Shown: positions 29,888-38,933 of the stretch, piece by piece
Layout: the number at the start of each line of letters is the position of its first letter
Numbering within the stretch: position 1 is the first letter of the stretch
Made by a program: the position numbers and the translations under genes
Assembly (NCBI GenBank): GCA_965223855.1
Contig: CBDCXM010000002.1
Span: 128,001 to 192,000, forward strand
Origin: Candidatus Multivoradales bacterium
GTDB taxonomy: Bacteria; Acidobacteriota; Thermoanaerobaculia; Multivoradales; JAHEKO01
Length of the DNA stretch: 64,000 nt
Direction: 5' to 3'
The notes under the pieces: model-generated
Told to the model about the DNA's origin: nothing
Seen by the model: the letters and a program-made list of their open reading frames with translations, nothing else
Databases searched by the model: none

Positions 29888-30669
29888 CTCACTCGATCCT
29901 GATCGTCGACGACGAGGCTCCGGCGCGCCGCAAGACTCGCCGGTTGCTCGAGGGCGAGAGCGACTGGAAGGTCGTGGGAGAAGCGGTCGACGGGGACGAC
30001 GCTGTCGAGAAGATTCGCGGCCTCGACCCCGACGTCGTTCTGCTCGACATCCAGATGCCGAAGCGCTCGGGATTCGAGGTCATCGACGAGGTCGGTGTCG
30101 ACGACATGCCGGTGGTCATCTTCTCCACGGCGTTCGACGAGCACGCCGTCGCCGCCTTCGAGGTCGAAGCGGTCGACTACCTCCTCAAGCCCTACTCCGC
30201 CCGCCGGCTGCGAGGGGCTCTGGAGCGAGCTCGCCGGCGACTGGCGGAGGATCCGGCTGCCGCGTCGAAGCAGTTGCAGCAGGTCCTGGCGACCCTGCGT
30301 GGCCCGGAACCGCGCTTCCTGCGACGACTGCAGGTCGAAGTCTCACCCCACCGGGAAGTGCTGGTCGATGTCTCGACGATCGACCTGCTGCGGGCGAAGC
30401 GCAACTACGTGGGCCTCGAGAGCGGTTCGGTCACCTACCGCTGCAGAGGCCCCCTTTCCAGGCTCGAGCAGCGGCTCGATCCGGAGGAGTTCGTGCGGAT
30501 CAACCGGTCCGAGATCGTGCGAGTCGGCGCGGTGGTCGAGTTGCAGCCGTGGTTCCACGGCGACTATCGGGTGATTCTGGCGAGCGGAGAGACGCTCTCG
30601 TGGAGCCGGCGCTACCGGGCACGTGGCAAGCGGGCGTTCGAGGGGAGAGGGGGGGGGGCCGACGAGTGA
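29884..30669 (+). CDS. LytTR-family response regulator
   Basis: IVDDE, LDIQMP, DYLLKP receiver motifs; FVRINRSEIV and SRRY LytTR motifs; GTGA overlap with the kinase. Confidence 0.95.
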   Translation: MTHSILIVDDEAPARRKTRRLLEGESDWKVVGEAVDGDDAVEKIRGLDPDVVLLDIQMPKRSGFEVIDEVGVDDMPVVIFSTAFDEHAVAAFEVEAVDYLLKPYSARRLRGALERARRRLAEDPAAASKQLQQVLATLRGPEPRFLRRLQVEVSPHREVLVDVSTIDLLRAKRNYVGLESGSVTYRCRGPLSRLEQRLDPEEFVRINRSEIVRVGAVVELQPWFHGDYRVILASGETLSWSRRYRARGKRAFEGRGGGADE

Positions 30670-30693
30670 CGAGTCACCCGCCGGCCTCCGGGA

Positions 30694-31263
30694 CTACTCG
30701 GAGCGGGTGAGGAGTACTTCCATGTTCTGCATCTCCTCGCCGCCCTCCGGAGTGATGTAACCGGCGACCGTGAAGGTGTCGTCGCCGGTCCACTCCGTCG
30801 TCACCCGCATCGTCATCGGGTTGCCCGTCATCGGGTCCGTGAACGTCGTGCTGAGGTCGCCCGCCGTCTCACCGGTGAACATCATGGTGCTGGTCATCAT
30901 GCTGTCCATCCAGACGTTGGTGTAGAGCTGCTTCATTTTGTCGTAGCCGTTGATGCCGATGCCGGTGAACGGCTGCCCCATCATCTCGCTCGACCACACC
31001 GCCTTGACGAAGCGGCCGTCGAGCATCGACTCGGCGGTCATGGTGCCGGTCGCCTCCATCGGCGGCTGGCCGGGCATCATCCAGGTCTTCTGGGTGTAGG
31101 TCCAGCTGCCGACCATCTTCGCCAGCGCTTCATGCTCTTCTCCGGGCGTCGCCATCTCGGCCATCATCGCCATCGGGTCCCCTTCCTGAGCGTTGGAAGG
31201 TGCCGCCGGGAGCGGGGTGAGTGCCAGTGCGGCGAACGCCATTGCGAGAGTGAGTCGTTTCAT
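30694..31263 (-). CDS. Secreted DUF1579-family protein (Met-rich)
   Basis: Signal peptide; PGEEHEAL..MVGSW, GYD...Y..VWMDSM. Confidence 0.85.
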   Translation of the reverse strand: MKRLTLAMAFAALALTPLPAAPSNAQEGDPMAMMAEMATPGEEHEALAKMVGSWTYTQKTWMMPGQPPMEATGTMTAESMLDGRFVKAVWSSEMMGQPFTGIGINGYDKMKQLYTNVWMDSMMTSTMMFTGETAGDLSTTFTDPMTGNPMTMRVTTEWTGDDTFTVAGYITPEGGEEMQNMEVLLTRSE

Positions 31264-31373
31264 CAGTCTTCCCTTTTCCGGATTTCTCGGGTTGCCGAGC
31301 GAGCCTCGCTCACTCGAGGTTGGTGGTCCTCTGGCCTGGCCGAGCCGACCGGGTCCGCCGCGCCGACCGGCCG

Positions 31374-31718
31374 TCAGTCGACGGCGAGCAACTCGTCGAT
31401 GTCCTCCGCGACCGCCTCGCAGGCGGACCGCATCGAGTTCCGCTCTTCCTGGGTCGCCTGCTGAAGCTCGGTCAGCGCCTCCGTCAGCTCCGCCTCGGCC
31501 TCGAGGGCGAGCTGATGCCTCGCCTGCTGCCCGGACGCCTGTTCGGCGCGCGAGACGAAGCGACGAGCCTCCTGCAGATGCCGCTGCGCGCGCTCGAAGG
31601 CGTCGGTCTCCTCGGCGGAGGCGCCGAGGGTGACGAAGAGCGGAACGGCGGCGGCAGCGCCCTGCGCCATGCGTTTGAGGAACGTCCTGCGGTCGGGCTT
31701 TTCGGCGGGATGGTTCAC
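31374..31718 (-). CDS. Small Glu-rich helical protein with twin-arginine signal
   Basis: GTG at 31718; DRRTFLK, h-region and ASA cleavage site; 79-aa mature part containing 15 Glu. Confidence 0.75.
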   Translation of the reverse strand: MNHPAEKPDRRTFLKRMAQGAAAAVPLFVTLGASAEETDAFERAQRHLQEARRFVSRAEQASGQQARHQLALEAEAELTEALTELQQATQEERNSMRSACEAVAEDIDELLAVD

Positions 31719-31747
31719 GAGCCGAAGTGTAGCAAGGAGTCCTCCCG

Positions 31748-33505
31748 TCAGGCGGCTCCGGCAGGAACGTACCAGCGCTCCTCCAGGGCGGCGATCCACC
31801 GCACCCAGGCTTCCGCTTCGGCGGATGACAGCCGCGGCCGCGGTCCGGAGTCGAAGAGGGCCACGAGCGCCTCCTCCGGCGACAGCCGGGTCCTGACCGC
31901 CCCGTCCGCGGCCTCCGCAGCGATCGTCAGCCGCGTCGCCCGGCGGACCTCGGCATCGAGAGGGGTGAGGCTCCTCTCAGGATGTCGTGCTTTGCCGGCC
32001 CGATCGCCGACAGCAGCGAACACGTCGTCGCCCTCCACCGTGCCCCGGATCGGGGGAGCGCTCGCCACCTCGGCGGATCTGTCGAGCGCGCGATCGGGGA
32101 TCGGGAAGGAGGCGAGCAGTCCCTTTCGAGCCCAGGCACACAGCAGATCCCAGCACTGCGGCAGCGGGTCTGCCCCTAGGTAGCCCTCGCCCGCTCGCGC
32201 CAGCTCCTCGCTCAACCGCTCGACCGGGAGCCCTTCGCCGAGGCCGAGCCAGAGCGCCGCGGCCGCGGCGTTGAGCAGGTGGAGACGACCGCGCACCGGT
32301 TCGTACACGACCAGGCTCTCGCCCAACTCGAAGCTGCGCACGCCGGGAGCGGGCGTGAGGTCGGGTGGGGCGGCCGGGACGTGGGGATCGAGGAGGTGGG
32401 CGGCGCCACGATCCGCGGGGCGCAGGAGCGGGAACCCCGAGACGAACGACGCGCACTGCTCGGAGGGCCAGAGCGGTCGCCACTCGCCGAAGTCGCCGTC
32501 GAGGTGGCCGAGGACGTCCCGGACGAGCCGCTCTTTGAGTCGTCTCGAGCGACCGAGTGCCGCGGCCTCGCCGATCGGTTCGAGCTCCATCGGCGGACCG
32601 GCGTTCGCCTCGAGGATCCAGGGTCGGCCGTCTGTGTCCACCTGAACGTCGATACCGAGGAAGTCGTAACAACCCTCGACGTGTGGCGTCGCCTGGCGAC
32701 TGCGGATCAGCGCTTCGTCGCGGCAGGCGAGGACCAGCCCTAGGATGGCGAGCTGTGCCGTTTCCAGGGTCGCCTCGACATCGAAGTCGAAGCTGGTGGA
32801 CAGCGAGCGGTAGAGCTCGAGGTCGCCGTCGCGACTCCACCATCGCTGCTCACCGTTACGATCCTGGATCTCAGAGTTGGTGAAGTGAGCCGCGGGTTGC
32901 GCCCGTCCATCGGCGTCGAGCGAGTAGGGGAGCGACGCGAAACGGCAGGTACCGACCGGATGCAGGTGGCAACGCAACGGATCGAGCGACTCCAGAAGCA
33001 GATAGAAGCGCAGGCTGTACTTGCGGCCGTCGATCAGGTGCGGGTCGAGGTAGCGCTGCACGATGCGGGGGGTGGCGTCGTCGGCGACCTCGGCCGGGCC
33101 TGCTGCGAGACGCATCCCCCGACCGCGGGTAGAGGCCCAGCGCTTGACGACCCAGACGCCCGGCTCCTGTCTCGCTGCCGACTCCCAGCGGCGACGCTCG
33201 TCCGGCAGCAGAAAGGTCTCCGGGTGATGTCCGAACAGGTCCTCCCGACCGGTCGCCCACAACGCCGCTCGAAGGTTGGCCAGGAGGTTCGGCTTGAGCG
33301 CGAAGGCGCCGATCCCGGGAAAGCGATTCACTCGCCGGCCCGGTTCGAGGGCGGCGAAGACGCCTTCGGGAGGAAGGGCTCGCGCCAGGTAGAGCCGCCA
33401 GTCGCCGTCGCCCGCCGGCGACCACCCTCGACGTTCGAGTTCCGGGCGCCACAGCTCGATCTCGGCGGAGGCGAGCGTCGGATCGGCCGACCAGGTCCTG
33501 GTCAT
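31748..33505 (-). CDS. Tubulin-tyrosine ligase (TTL/TTLL)-like ATP-grasp enzyme fused to a PqqD-like RiPP recognition element
   Basis: VNRFPG, PETFLLP, WVVK..STRGRG, VQRYL.PHLIDGRK..LRFY, CRFAS.PY, HFTN, LGID...PWILEAN.GP; then LGESLVVYEP..GRLHLLN.AAAALW...L.RKGLL. Confidence 0.88.
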   Translation of the reverse strand: MTRTWSADPTLASAEIELWRPELERRGWSPAGDGDWRLYLARALPPEGVFAALEPGRRVNRFPGIGAFALKPNLLANLRAALWATGREDLFGHHPETFLLPDERRRWESAARQEPGVWVVKRWASTRGRGMRLAAGPAEVADDATPRIVQRYLDPHLIDGRKYSLRFYLLLESLDPLRCHLHPVGTCRFASLPYSLDADGRAQPAAHFTNSEIQDRNGEQRWWSRDGDLELYRSLSTSFDFDVEATLETAQLAILGLVLACRDEALIRSRQATPHVEGCYDFLGIDVQVDTDGRPWILEANAGPPMELEPIGEAAALGRSRRLKERLVRDVLGHLDGDFGEWRPLWPSEQCASFVSGFPLLRPADRGAAHLLDPHVPAAPPDLTPAPGVRSFELGESLVVYEPVRGRLHLLNAAAAALWLGLGEGLPVERLSEELARAGEGYLGADPLPQCWDLLCAWARKGLLASFPIPDRALDRSAEVASAPPIRGTVEGDDVFAAVGDRAGKARHPERSLTPLDAEVRRATRLTIAAEAADGAVRTRLSPEEALVALFDSGPRPRLSSAEAEAWVRWIAALEERWYVPAGAA

Positions 33506-33582
33506 CGCGATCTCCACCTATCGCGGGCCCTCTGGATCGCCACGCTTGAACGGCCCTCCCGGCATCGAGTACCCTTCGCGCC

Positions 33583-34413
33583 ATGTTGCGCACCACAACC
33601 CCTGTCCTGACCGCCGCCGCTTTGCTGACTCTGGTTGCTTTCGCACCGGGTCTCCACGCCGACGAGGAAGAGCTCGATCTCTCCGCGCCGCCGGACGTGG
33701 CGGCGATTCCGGACGATGCCGAGGTCACTGCGAGCGGTCTCGGATCGCGGGTGCTCTCCGAGGGCGACGGTGAGTCGCGGCCGACTCCGACCTCCTGGGT
33801 CCGGGTGCACTACACCGGCTGGACGACGGAGGGCGAGGTCTTCGACAGCTCGCGGCAGCGCGGCAAGTCGCTGACCCTCCCTCTCGACAAAGTTATCGAC
33901 GGCTGGACCGAAGGGCTTCAGCTCATGGTCGAGGGCGAGACGCGCCGGATCTGGGTGCCGGAGGAGCTGGCGTACGCCGGTAAGGAGGGATCTCCGAAGG
34001 GGATGCTGGTCTTCGACGTCGAGCTGCTCGAGATTTTCGAGCTGCCGACGACGCCGGAGCACCTGACCGCTGCACCGGCGAACGCCGAGAAGCACCGCAA
34101 GGGGCTCCGTAGCGTCGTGCTCCAGGAGGGGACGGGAGACCGCAAGCCGAAGGACAACAGCTCGGTGGCCGTCAACTACACCGGCTGGGACGCGAGCGGC
34201 AAGATGATCGACACCAACATCTACCAGGGGCAGCCGGCGACCTTCCCGCTCACGGCGGTGATCAAGGGCTGGACCGAAGGGTTGCAACTGATGGTCGAGG
34301 GCGAGAAGCGCCGCTTCTGGATTCCCGCCAAGCTCGCCTATGAGGGGATCGAGGGAAAGCCGCAGGGGATGCTGGTCTTCGACATCGAACTGGTGTCGAT
34401 CCCGGTTTACTGA
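33583..34413 (+). CDS. Secreted tandem double-domain FKBP peptidyl-prolyl isomerase
   Basis: Signal peptide; two copies of V.YTGW...VI.GWTEGLQLMVEGE.RR.W.P..LAY...MLVFD.EL. Confidence 0.95.
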   Translation: MLRTTTPVLTAAALLTLVAFAPGLHADEEELDLSAPPDVAAIPDDAEVTASGLGSRVLSEGDGESRPTPTSWVRVHYTGWTTEGEVFDSSRQRGKSLTLPLDKVIDGWTEGLQLMVEGETRRIWVPEELAYAGKEGSPKGMLVFDVELLEIFELPTTPEHLTAAPANAEKHRKGLRSVVLQEGTGDRKPKDNSSVAVNYTGWDASGKMIDTNIYQGQPATFPLTAVIKGWTEGLQLMVEGEKRRFWIPAKLAYEGIEGKPQGMLVFDIELVSIPVY

Positions 34414-34446
34414 GTCCTGTTCCCGAAGCGTGACCGGCAGGGGGCT

Positions 34447-36501
34447 TTATTCGCCTCCGCCTGGCCCCTCCTCTCGAGCGTCGTGACGCTCGAACCAGGC
34501 GAGGATGTTGGCGACCTTGGCGATCAATTGACTCGGTCGGGCCGCGATGCCGTGTGAGGCTCCGGGCACCCTGACGAGAGCCGCCGGCACCTTCTCGAGC
34601 ACGAGCGCCTGGTAGTACTGCTCCGATTCGGACATCGGAGTGCGGTAGTCCTCTTCACCGGTCAGCACCATCGTCGGCGTCGTCACGTTGCCGACCAGCG
34701 ACAGCGGTGAGCGCTTCCAATACTGCTCCTGGTGCTCCCAGGGCGGCCCCGGGAACCAGTACTTGTAGAAGAAGTTGTAGGCGTCGGCGGTGAGTACGAA
34801 CGACGTCCAGTGAATGACCGGCTTCGCGACCACGGCGGCGCGGAAGCGGTCGGTCTTGCCGACGATCCAGGCCGTCAGCACCCCTCCGCCACTGCCTCCG
34901 GTGACGAACAGACGGTCCTCGTCGATGAAGCCGCGCTCGACGACCGCATCGACGACCGACATCAGATCGTCGTAGTCCTCGCCGGGGTAGTTGTGGTGGA
35001 TGAGATTGCCGAACTCCTCCCCGTAGCTGCTGCTGCCGCGCGGATTGGCGTAGACCACGACGTAGCCGGCGGCTGCGAACAGCTGGATCTCGGCGGCGAA
35101 CCGCGGGCCGTAGTCGGCGAACGGCCCGCCGTGAATCTCCAGGATCAGCGGGTAGCTCCCTTTCGGGTCGAAGCCGGGCGGGAACGCCACCCACGCCTGG
35201 ATCTTCCTGCCGTCGTGGGAGGATTCGGTCCAGATCTCTTCGACCGGAGCGAGGTCGCGGTGGGCGAGGAGGTCCTCGTTGAGCCGGGTCAGCACCCGTG
35301 ACGAGGTGCTGGATCCCCGGGTGGCCGTCACGAGGTCCGCAGGCCGATCGGGAGTCGTGGTGGTGAAGACCACCCGGTCGCCGTGGGCATCGAACTGGCC
35401 TCCGGAGTAGGGGCGCCCGAGGGAGAGCCCACCGACCGGCTGCGCGACCTCTTCGACGGAGCCGTCGAGCCCGGCGAGCGCAAGTCGGGTCGTGCCGCGG
35501 TCGGTGTAGAGCAGGTAGACGCCTCGCCCGTCGTCGTGCCAGGCGATCTGTCCCACCGAACGTCCGAGATCGGACGCCAGTTCGCGGCGCTCGGAACCGT
35601 CGCGTCGCTGCACGTACAGGCGGTCGAGCTGGTAGCCCTGATAGCGATCGTCGAACCCGCGGTAGGCGACCCACTCGCCGTCCGGCGATAGTGCCGGCGA
35701 ATCGTCCGGGCCGCGACGGTCGGTGAGGGGACGCAGCTCACCCGACGAGACGTCGATCTCCCAGACCTCGCTGTCGTTCGGCTCGTACTCCCAGTCGTCG
35801 CGCCGGTTGGCCGAGAAGACGATGCGGTTCGAGTCGGGGCTCCAGGAGAGCGGGCCGAAATGGTTGAAGTTTCCCGAGGTGAGCTGCCTCGGCGTGCCGC
35901 CGATGGCCGGGAGGATGAACAGGTGCACGTGTCCGGGATCGACGAAACCGGCGCCGTCGAAGCGGTAGATCATCCGCTCGATGACCTTCACCGGCGGCGC
36001 CCATTCCGCTCCCTCCGGTGCGGCCGGCATCGAGGCGAGCGCTTCGGACTCGTCCGGCACCTTCATCGCAAAGGCCAGCGAGGCTCCGTCAGGAGACCAT
36101 TCGAGGGCTCGCGGTGGCGCCTCGAGATGCGACACCCGGGCGTCGCGGCCGTCGCCGAGCCACAGGACGTGGATCTGGCTCGAGCCGCCGCTGCTCGAGA
36201 CGTAGGCGAGCCGGCTGCCGTCCGGGGACCATCTCGGTGAGCGCGGGCTCCCGGGACCGGTCACCAGTGGGCGCGGCACACCGCCGTCGATGTCTGCGAT
36301 CCAGATCTCCGAGCTGCGCTGGTCGACCTGGATGTCCATCGAATTGCGAACGAACGCCACCCGGTCGCCGGCGGGGGAGATGCGGGGATCGGAGGCCCAC
36401 TCGAGCTCGAAGACGTCTCGAAGCTGCAGGGGCTCTCCTTCGAGCGCGACGGGTGCAAGGACGACGAGGAGCAGGGCGATGACGATGCGGGGTCGGAGCA
36501 T
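34447..36501 (-). CDS. S9 family peptidase (acylaminoacyl-peptidase-like) with beta-propeller
   Basis: WSPDG repeats, HGGP, GGSGGG nucleophile motif, EEDYRT, ASHG; signal peptide from ATG 36501. Confidence 0.95.
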   Translation of the reverse strand: MLRPRIVIALLLVVLAPVALEGEPLQLRDVFELEWASDPRISPAGDRVAFVRNSMDIQVDQRSSEIWIADIDGGVPRPLVTGPGSPRSPRWSPDGSRLAYVSSSGGSSQIHVLWLGDGRDARVSHLEAPPRALEWSPDGASLAFAMKVPDESEALASMPAAPEGAEWAPPVKVIERMIYRFDGAGFVDPGHVHLFILPAIGGTPRQLTSGNFNHFGPLSWSPDSNRIVFSANRRDDWEYEPNDSEVWEIDVSSGELRPLTDRRGPDDSPALSPDGEWVAYRGFDDRYQGYQLDRLYVQRRDGSERRELASDLGRSVGQIAWHDDGRGVYLLYTDRGTTRLALAGLDGSVEEVAQPVGGLSLGRPYSGGQFDAHGDRVVFTTTTPDRPADLVTATRGSSTSSRVLTRLNEDLLAHRDLAPVEEIWTESSHDGRKIQAWVAFPPGFDPKGSYPLILEIHGGPFADYGPRFAAEIQLFAAAGYVVVYANPRGSSSYGEEFGNLIHHNYPGEDYDDLMSVVDAVVERGFIDEDRLFVTGGSGGGVLTAWIVGKTDRFRAAVVAKPVIHWTSFVLTADAYNFFYKYWFPGPPWEHQEQYWKRSPLSLVGNVTTPTMVLTGEEDYRTPMSESEQYYQALVLEKVPAALVRVPGASHGIAARPSQLIAKVANILAWFERHDAREEGPGGGE

Positions 36502-36573
36502 GAGGGCCTCACTTGATCGCGGGCTGCGGCCCGCTGAACGGTTTCCGAATGGGAAGCTGACTATACTGGCGAG

Positions 36574-37347
36574 GTGATCCTCTCCTTCGCGAATCTGAAA
36601 GGGGGAGTCGGCAAGACGACGAGTGCGGTCAGCGTCGCGGCTGCGCTGGCTCGCTCCCACCTGAAGGTTCTGCTCGTCGATCTCGATCCGCAGGCCAACG
36701 CCGCCTACTCGGTGGGAGTGCCGGCGAAGACCGCCGGCGGCTCGCTCGCGGAGGTCTTCATCGACAACCGGCCGCTGCGAGAGGTGCTCTGGGAAACGCC
36801 GATCGAAGGACTCGATGTCGCCGTTGCGGGAGTCGAGCTTTCGACCCGCCAGTTGGAGGTCATGCGGCGCTCGTACCCGACACGGCTGTTGCAGAAGGCG
36901 CTGGTCGGGGTCCGGACTCGCTATGACTTCGTCGTGATCGACTGCCCGGCCGGCCTCGATCTGGCGGCGCTGATGGGACTGCAGGCATCGACTGCGTTTA
37001 TCGTGCCGACATCACCGAACTACCTCGGACTCGAATCGCTCGAGCTCTTCTTCCAGGGGCTCGAGCAGTTGCCGGCCGAACTCAAGCCGAGGGTGCGACT
37101 GCTCGGTATCCTGCTGACCGTGGTGGATCACCGGGTGCGGCTCACCGAGGAGGTCTGCAGCGAAGTGAGGCGGCGCTACGGTCGCGCGGTCTTTCGCACC
37201 GAGATTCCCATCAACGTCCGGCTGGCGGAGGCCGCGGAGTCCGGCCGCGGGATCTTCGGCTACCAGAGCTGGTCGAAGGGCGCCGCCGCCTACAGCCGGC
37301 TGGGCGCGGAGATGCTGCGGCGCGCCCGGCGACTCGGCCTCGAGTGA
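36574..37347 (+). CDS. ParA/Soj family ATPase (no adjacent parB)
   Basis: KGGVGKTT deviant Walker A, DLDPQAN, IDCP, IPINVRLAEA. Confidence 0.93.
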   Translation: MILSFANLKGGVGKTTSAVSVAAALARSHLKVLLVDLDPQANAAYSVGVPAKTAGGSLAEVFIDNRPLREVLWETPIEGLDVAVAGVELSTRQLEVMRRSYPTRLLQKALVGVRTRYDFVVIDCPAGLDLAALMGLQASTAFIVPTSPNYLGLESLELFFQGLEQLPAELKPRVRLLGILLTVVDHRVRLTEEVCSEVRRRYGRAVFRTEIPINVRLAEAAESGRGIFGYQSWSKGAAAYSRLGAEMLRRARRLGLE

Positions 37348-37739
37348 GCCGTCGCGAGTGCGACGCAGGCGCCGTGCGGGGCCTGGGAAGCTCCCTGTGG
37401 CGAGGCTTGCGCGGCCGGTGTCCGGCGTGCGGCGAGGACCGTCTGTTCGAGAGCTGGATTCGCGTGCGGCCGGCCTGCCGCCGGTGCAGCACGGAGTTTC
37501 TGGAGAACCAGGGCGACCCGTGGGCCTTCCTGGTAGTGGTCGATCGGATCTTCGTTCTGCTGCTGGTGGTCCTGATCTACTTTCGCTGGGCTCCTCGCTC
37601 GGCAGTAGGGCTGATCGTACTCTTCGGGGTGCTGACGGGAGCTTTCGTCGCGACGACACCGCATCGCTTCGGTCTCTGTTTGGCGATCGCCTGGTGGGTG
37701 AGGAGGCGGGGGAGGTCGAAGCCTGTCGTCGGGCCGTAG
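37344..37739 (+). CDS. DUF983 domain membrane protein
   Basis: RGLRGRCPACGEDRLF...CRRC followed by two TM helices. Confidence 0.8.
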   Translation: MSRRECDAGAVRGLGSSLWRGLRGRCPACGEDRLFESWIRVRPACRRCSTEFLENQGDPWAFLVVVDRIFVLLLVVLIYFRWAPRSAVGLIVLFGVLTGAFVATTPHRFGLCLAIAWWVRRRGRSKPVVGP

Positions 37740-37766
37740 AGCCGCTGCGCTTCGGTCCCGGCGCCC

Positions 37767-38045
37767 CTCCTGGTGTTCAAAAGCCGGCAGCCGAGCCCGA
37801 CTGTCCCTCGGCCGGGTGCTGCAGACAAGGCATGCTCCTGGGACAGCGGGCATCTCGATGGAGCTGTGGCTGTCGTCGTAGGCCGGAGCCTCCTCCAGCA
37901 CACGCCTGATCAGACCCTTGCTTTTGTCCAGACGAGCGCCGGGTAGGGCAGGGCCTGCGGGGCTGATACCGAGGCGCTGGGAGGCCCCGCTTCAGGTCTC
38001 GAGTTGGTCGGGCTCCCGGCGAGCGAGCGGGCCTGGCCGAGGGCG
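37767..38045. ncRNA. Candidate structured non-coding element (two long imperfect hairpins)
   Basis: Lies in a ~350-bp gap between convergent genes; nested pairings found by eye; no RNA family recognised. Confidence 0.25.
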
Positions 38046-38089
38046 ATCCGGTGCTCGGGTCGCTCGAACGTCTGAAGTCGGGGGCAGCT

Positions 38090-38926
38090 TCAGTCGTCCC
38101 CGTAGCGGGGGATCGGGTCGAGGTCTGGCTCGAGGAACTCGCCGCGCGCGCCATCCGAGAACAGTCGCTCGGCAGAGTAATGCTCGAGCATCACTCTCGA
38201 ATCGAGGAGCATCGGGTTGCGGTCGAGAAACTCGTCGGCCGACGAACAGGCGGCCGACTCGCGCAACATGAAGTGCCGAACGGCGAGAATCCACGAGCGT
38301 GTGAGCGTCTCGTGGTAGCGAGCCGGATCGACACCGAGGTGGGTGAGGAAGTTGGTAAGAGCACGGCGTGTCCGGTGCTTCGCTTCGGCGGCGGAACGGC
38401 TGCAAAGGTAGACGTACGCCAGCCGGACGTGCGCGCGGTGATCGAAGTCCGGCTCGGCGACCTCGCAGGCTTCGAAGGCTCGCACGAACTCCAGATCGTC
38501 CGCGGAGGCACTGTGGGCAAGCCCCTCTCCGCGCGAGGCCAGGAGTGTGGAGAGCTTCGGAGTCGGCTGCAGCCGGCCGGCCGAGTCCTTCTCGAACGGT
38601 TCGACTCCGACGATGGCGTCGAGTGGAATCGGACCGTAGATGTGAGGGTAGAGCTCGTTGCCGCCCTCCAGATTCTCCCATCGCACCGGAGTCGGAGACG
38701 AGTCGTCGGAGTCGAGTCGGTCGAGAGCGATCTCGAGCAGCAGCAGGTCGTCGCGGCCGCGAAAGATGCGTTCGGCTACGGACAGCACCTGGTGGGCTTC
38801 GGAGCAGTGCACGAAGCCGTCGGCGGCGAACGCGGAGGGAGTGTAGACAGTCCCGGCAGCCGCGTGCTCGTCGCCTTCGGCGATGTGGAATACGGTGAGA
38901 GGCGGGCTCCAATCCTCAGGGGGCAT
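38090..38926 (-). CDS. DUF952 domain fused to a conserved helical hypothetical domain
   Basis: FHI...GFVHCS..QV...YPHIYGPI, followed by FDHRAHVRLAY...YHETLT...YS...LFS..AR..F.EPDL; ATG at 38926. Confidence 0.8.
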   Translation of the reverse strand: MPPEDWSPPLTVFHIAEGDEHAAAGTVYTPSAFAADGFVHCSEAHQVLSVAERIFRGRDDLLLLEIALDRLDSDDSSPTPVRWENLEGGNELYPHIYGPIPLDAIVGVEPFEKDSAGRLQPTPKLSTLLASRGEGLAHSASADDLEFVRAFEACEVAEPDFDHRAHVRLAYVYLCSRSAAEAKHRTRRALTNFLTHLGVDPARYHETLTRSWILAVRHFMLRESAACSSADEFLDRNPMLLDSRVMLEHYSAERLFSDGARGEFLEPDLDPIPRYGDD

Positions 38927-38933
38927 CGTGAGC

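Noticed and set aside
37767-37790. GTTCAAA resembling a tRNA T-loop
   Set aside because: No proper T-stem or cloverleaf; SRP, RNase P and tmRNA signatures were also not seen.
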